NCBI GenBank assembly: GCA_051294375.1
Contig: CM119268.1
Span: 23,505,084 to 23,568,801, forward strand
DNA length: 63,718 bases
Source of the DNA: Paraspadella gotoi
Taxonomy: Eukaryota > Animalia > Chaetognatha
Direction of reading: 5' to 3'
The notes under the pieces are model-generated. The model did no database searches. It saw nothing but the letters and a program-made list of their open reading frames with translations, and had not been told where the DNA came from. Positions within the stretch are counted from its first letter, which is position 1. The number at the start of each line of letters is the position of its first letter. The translations under genes were made by a program, and so were the position numbers. Shown in pieces: positions 63,680 through 63,718 of the stretch.

Positions 63680-63718
<39 letters not shown>

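Overview
This is not prokaryotic or phage DNA. It is an AT-rich, microsatellite-saturated eukaryotic (probably invertebrate) draft scaffold with many N gaps. At least ten gaps are about 25 N long, the placeholder used by long-read gap fillers such as PBJelly. No protein-coding gene, rRNA, intact tRNA or CRISPR array can be supported: the ORF track is almost all translated simple repeats or N runs, with one weak exon candidate. Much of the window occurs two or three times as direct or inverted kb-scale copies. These differ mostly by indel noise and often begin or end at 25-N gaps, so they are probably assembly artefacts. The real signal is a set of small non-autonomous mobile elements. (1) A tRNA-derived SINE family occurs at five loci. 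Two copies share a ~55-nt leader upstream of the tRNA-like head, and one has its B-box/T-arm amplified into a 9 x 22-bp array. (2) Helentron/DINE-1-like (HINE) ends are present, and one such element contains a (CCGA)n tract of ~0.74 kb in one copy and ~3.3 kb in the other. (3) Two ~620-bp hAT-like MITEs have empty sites visible in the same window. (4) A ~200-bp dispersed repeat family is present. Also present: a 17-bp minisatellite carrying ETS consensus sites, clustered GTCACGTGAC palindromes, a degenerate (CCCTAA)n tract and a GC-rich ~120-nt hairpin island. I found no clear new multi-gene system. Family names come from pattern recognition, not database searches.
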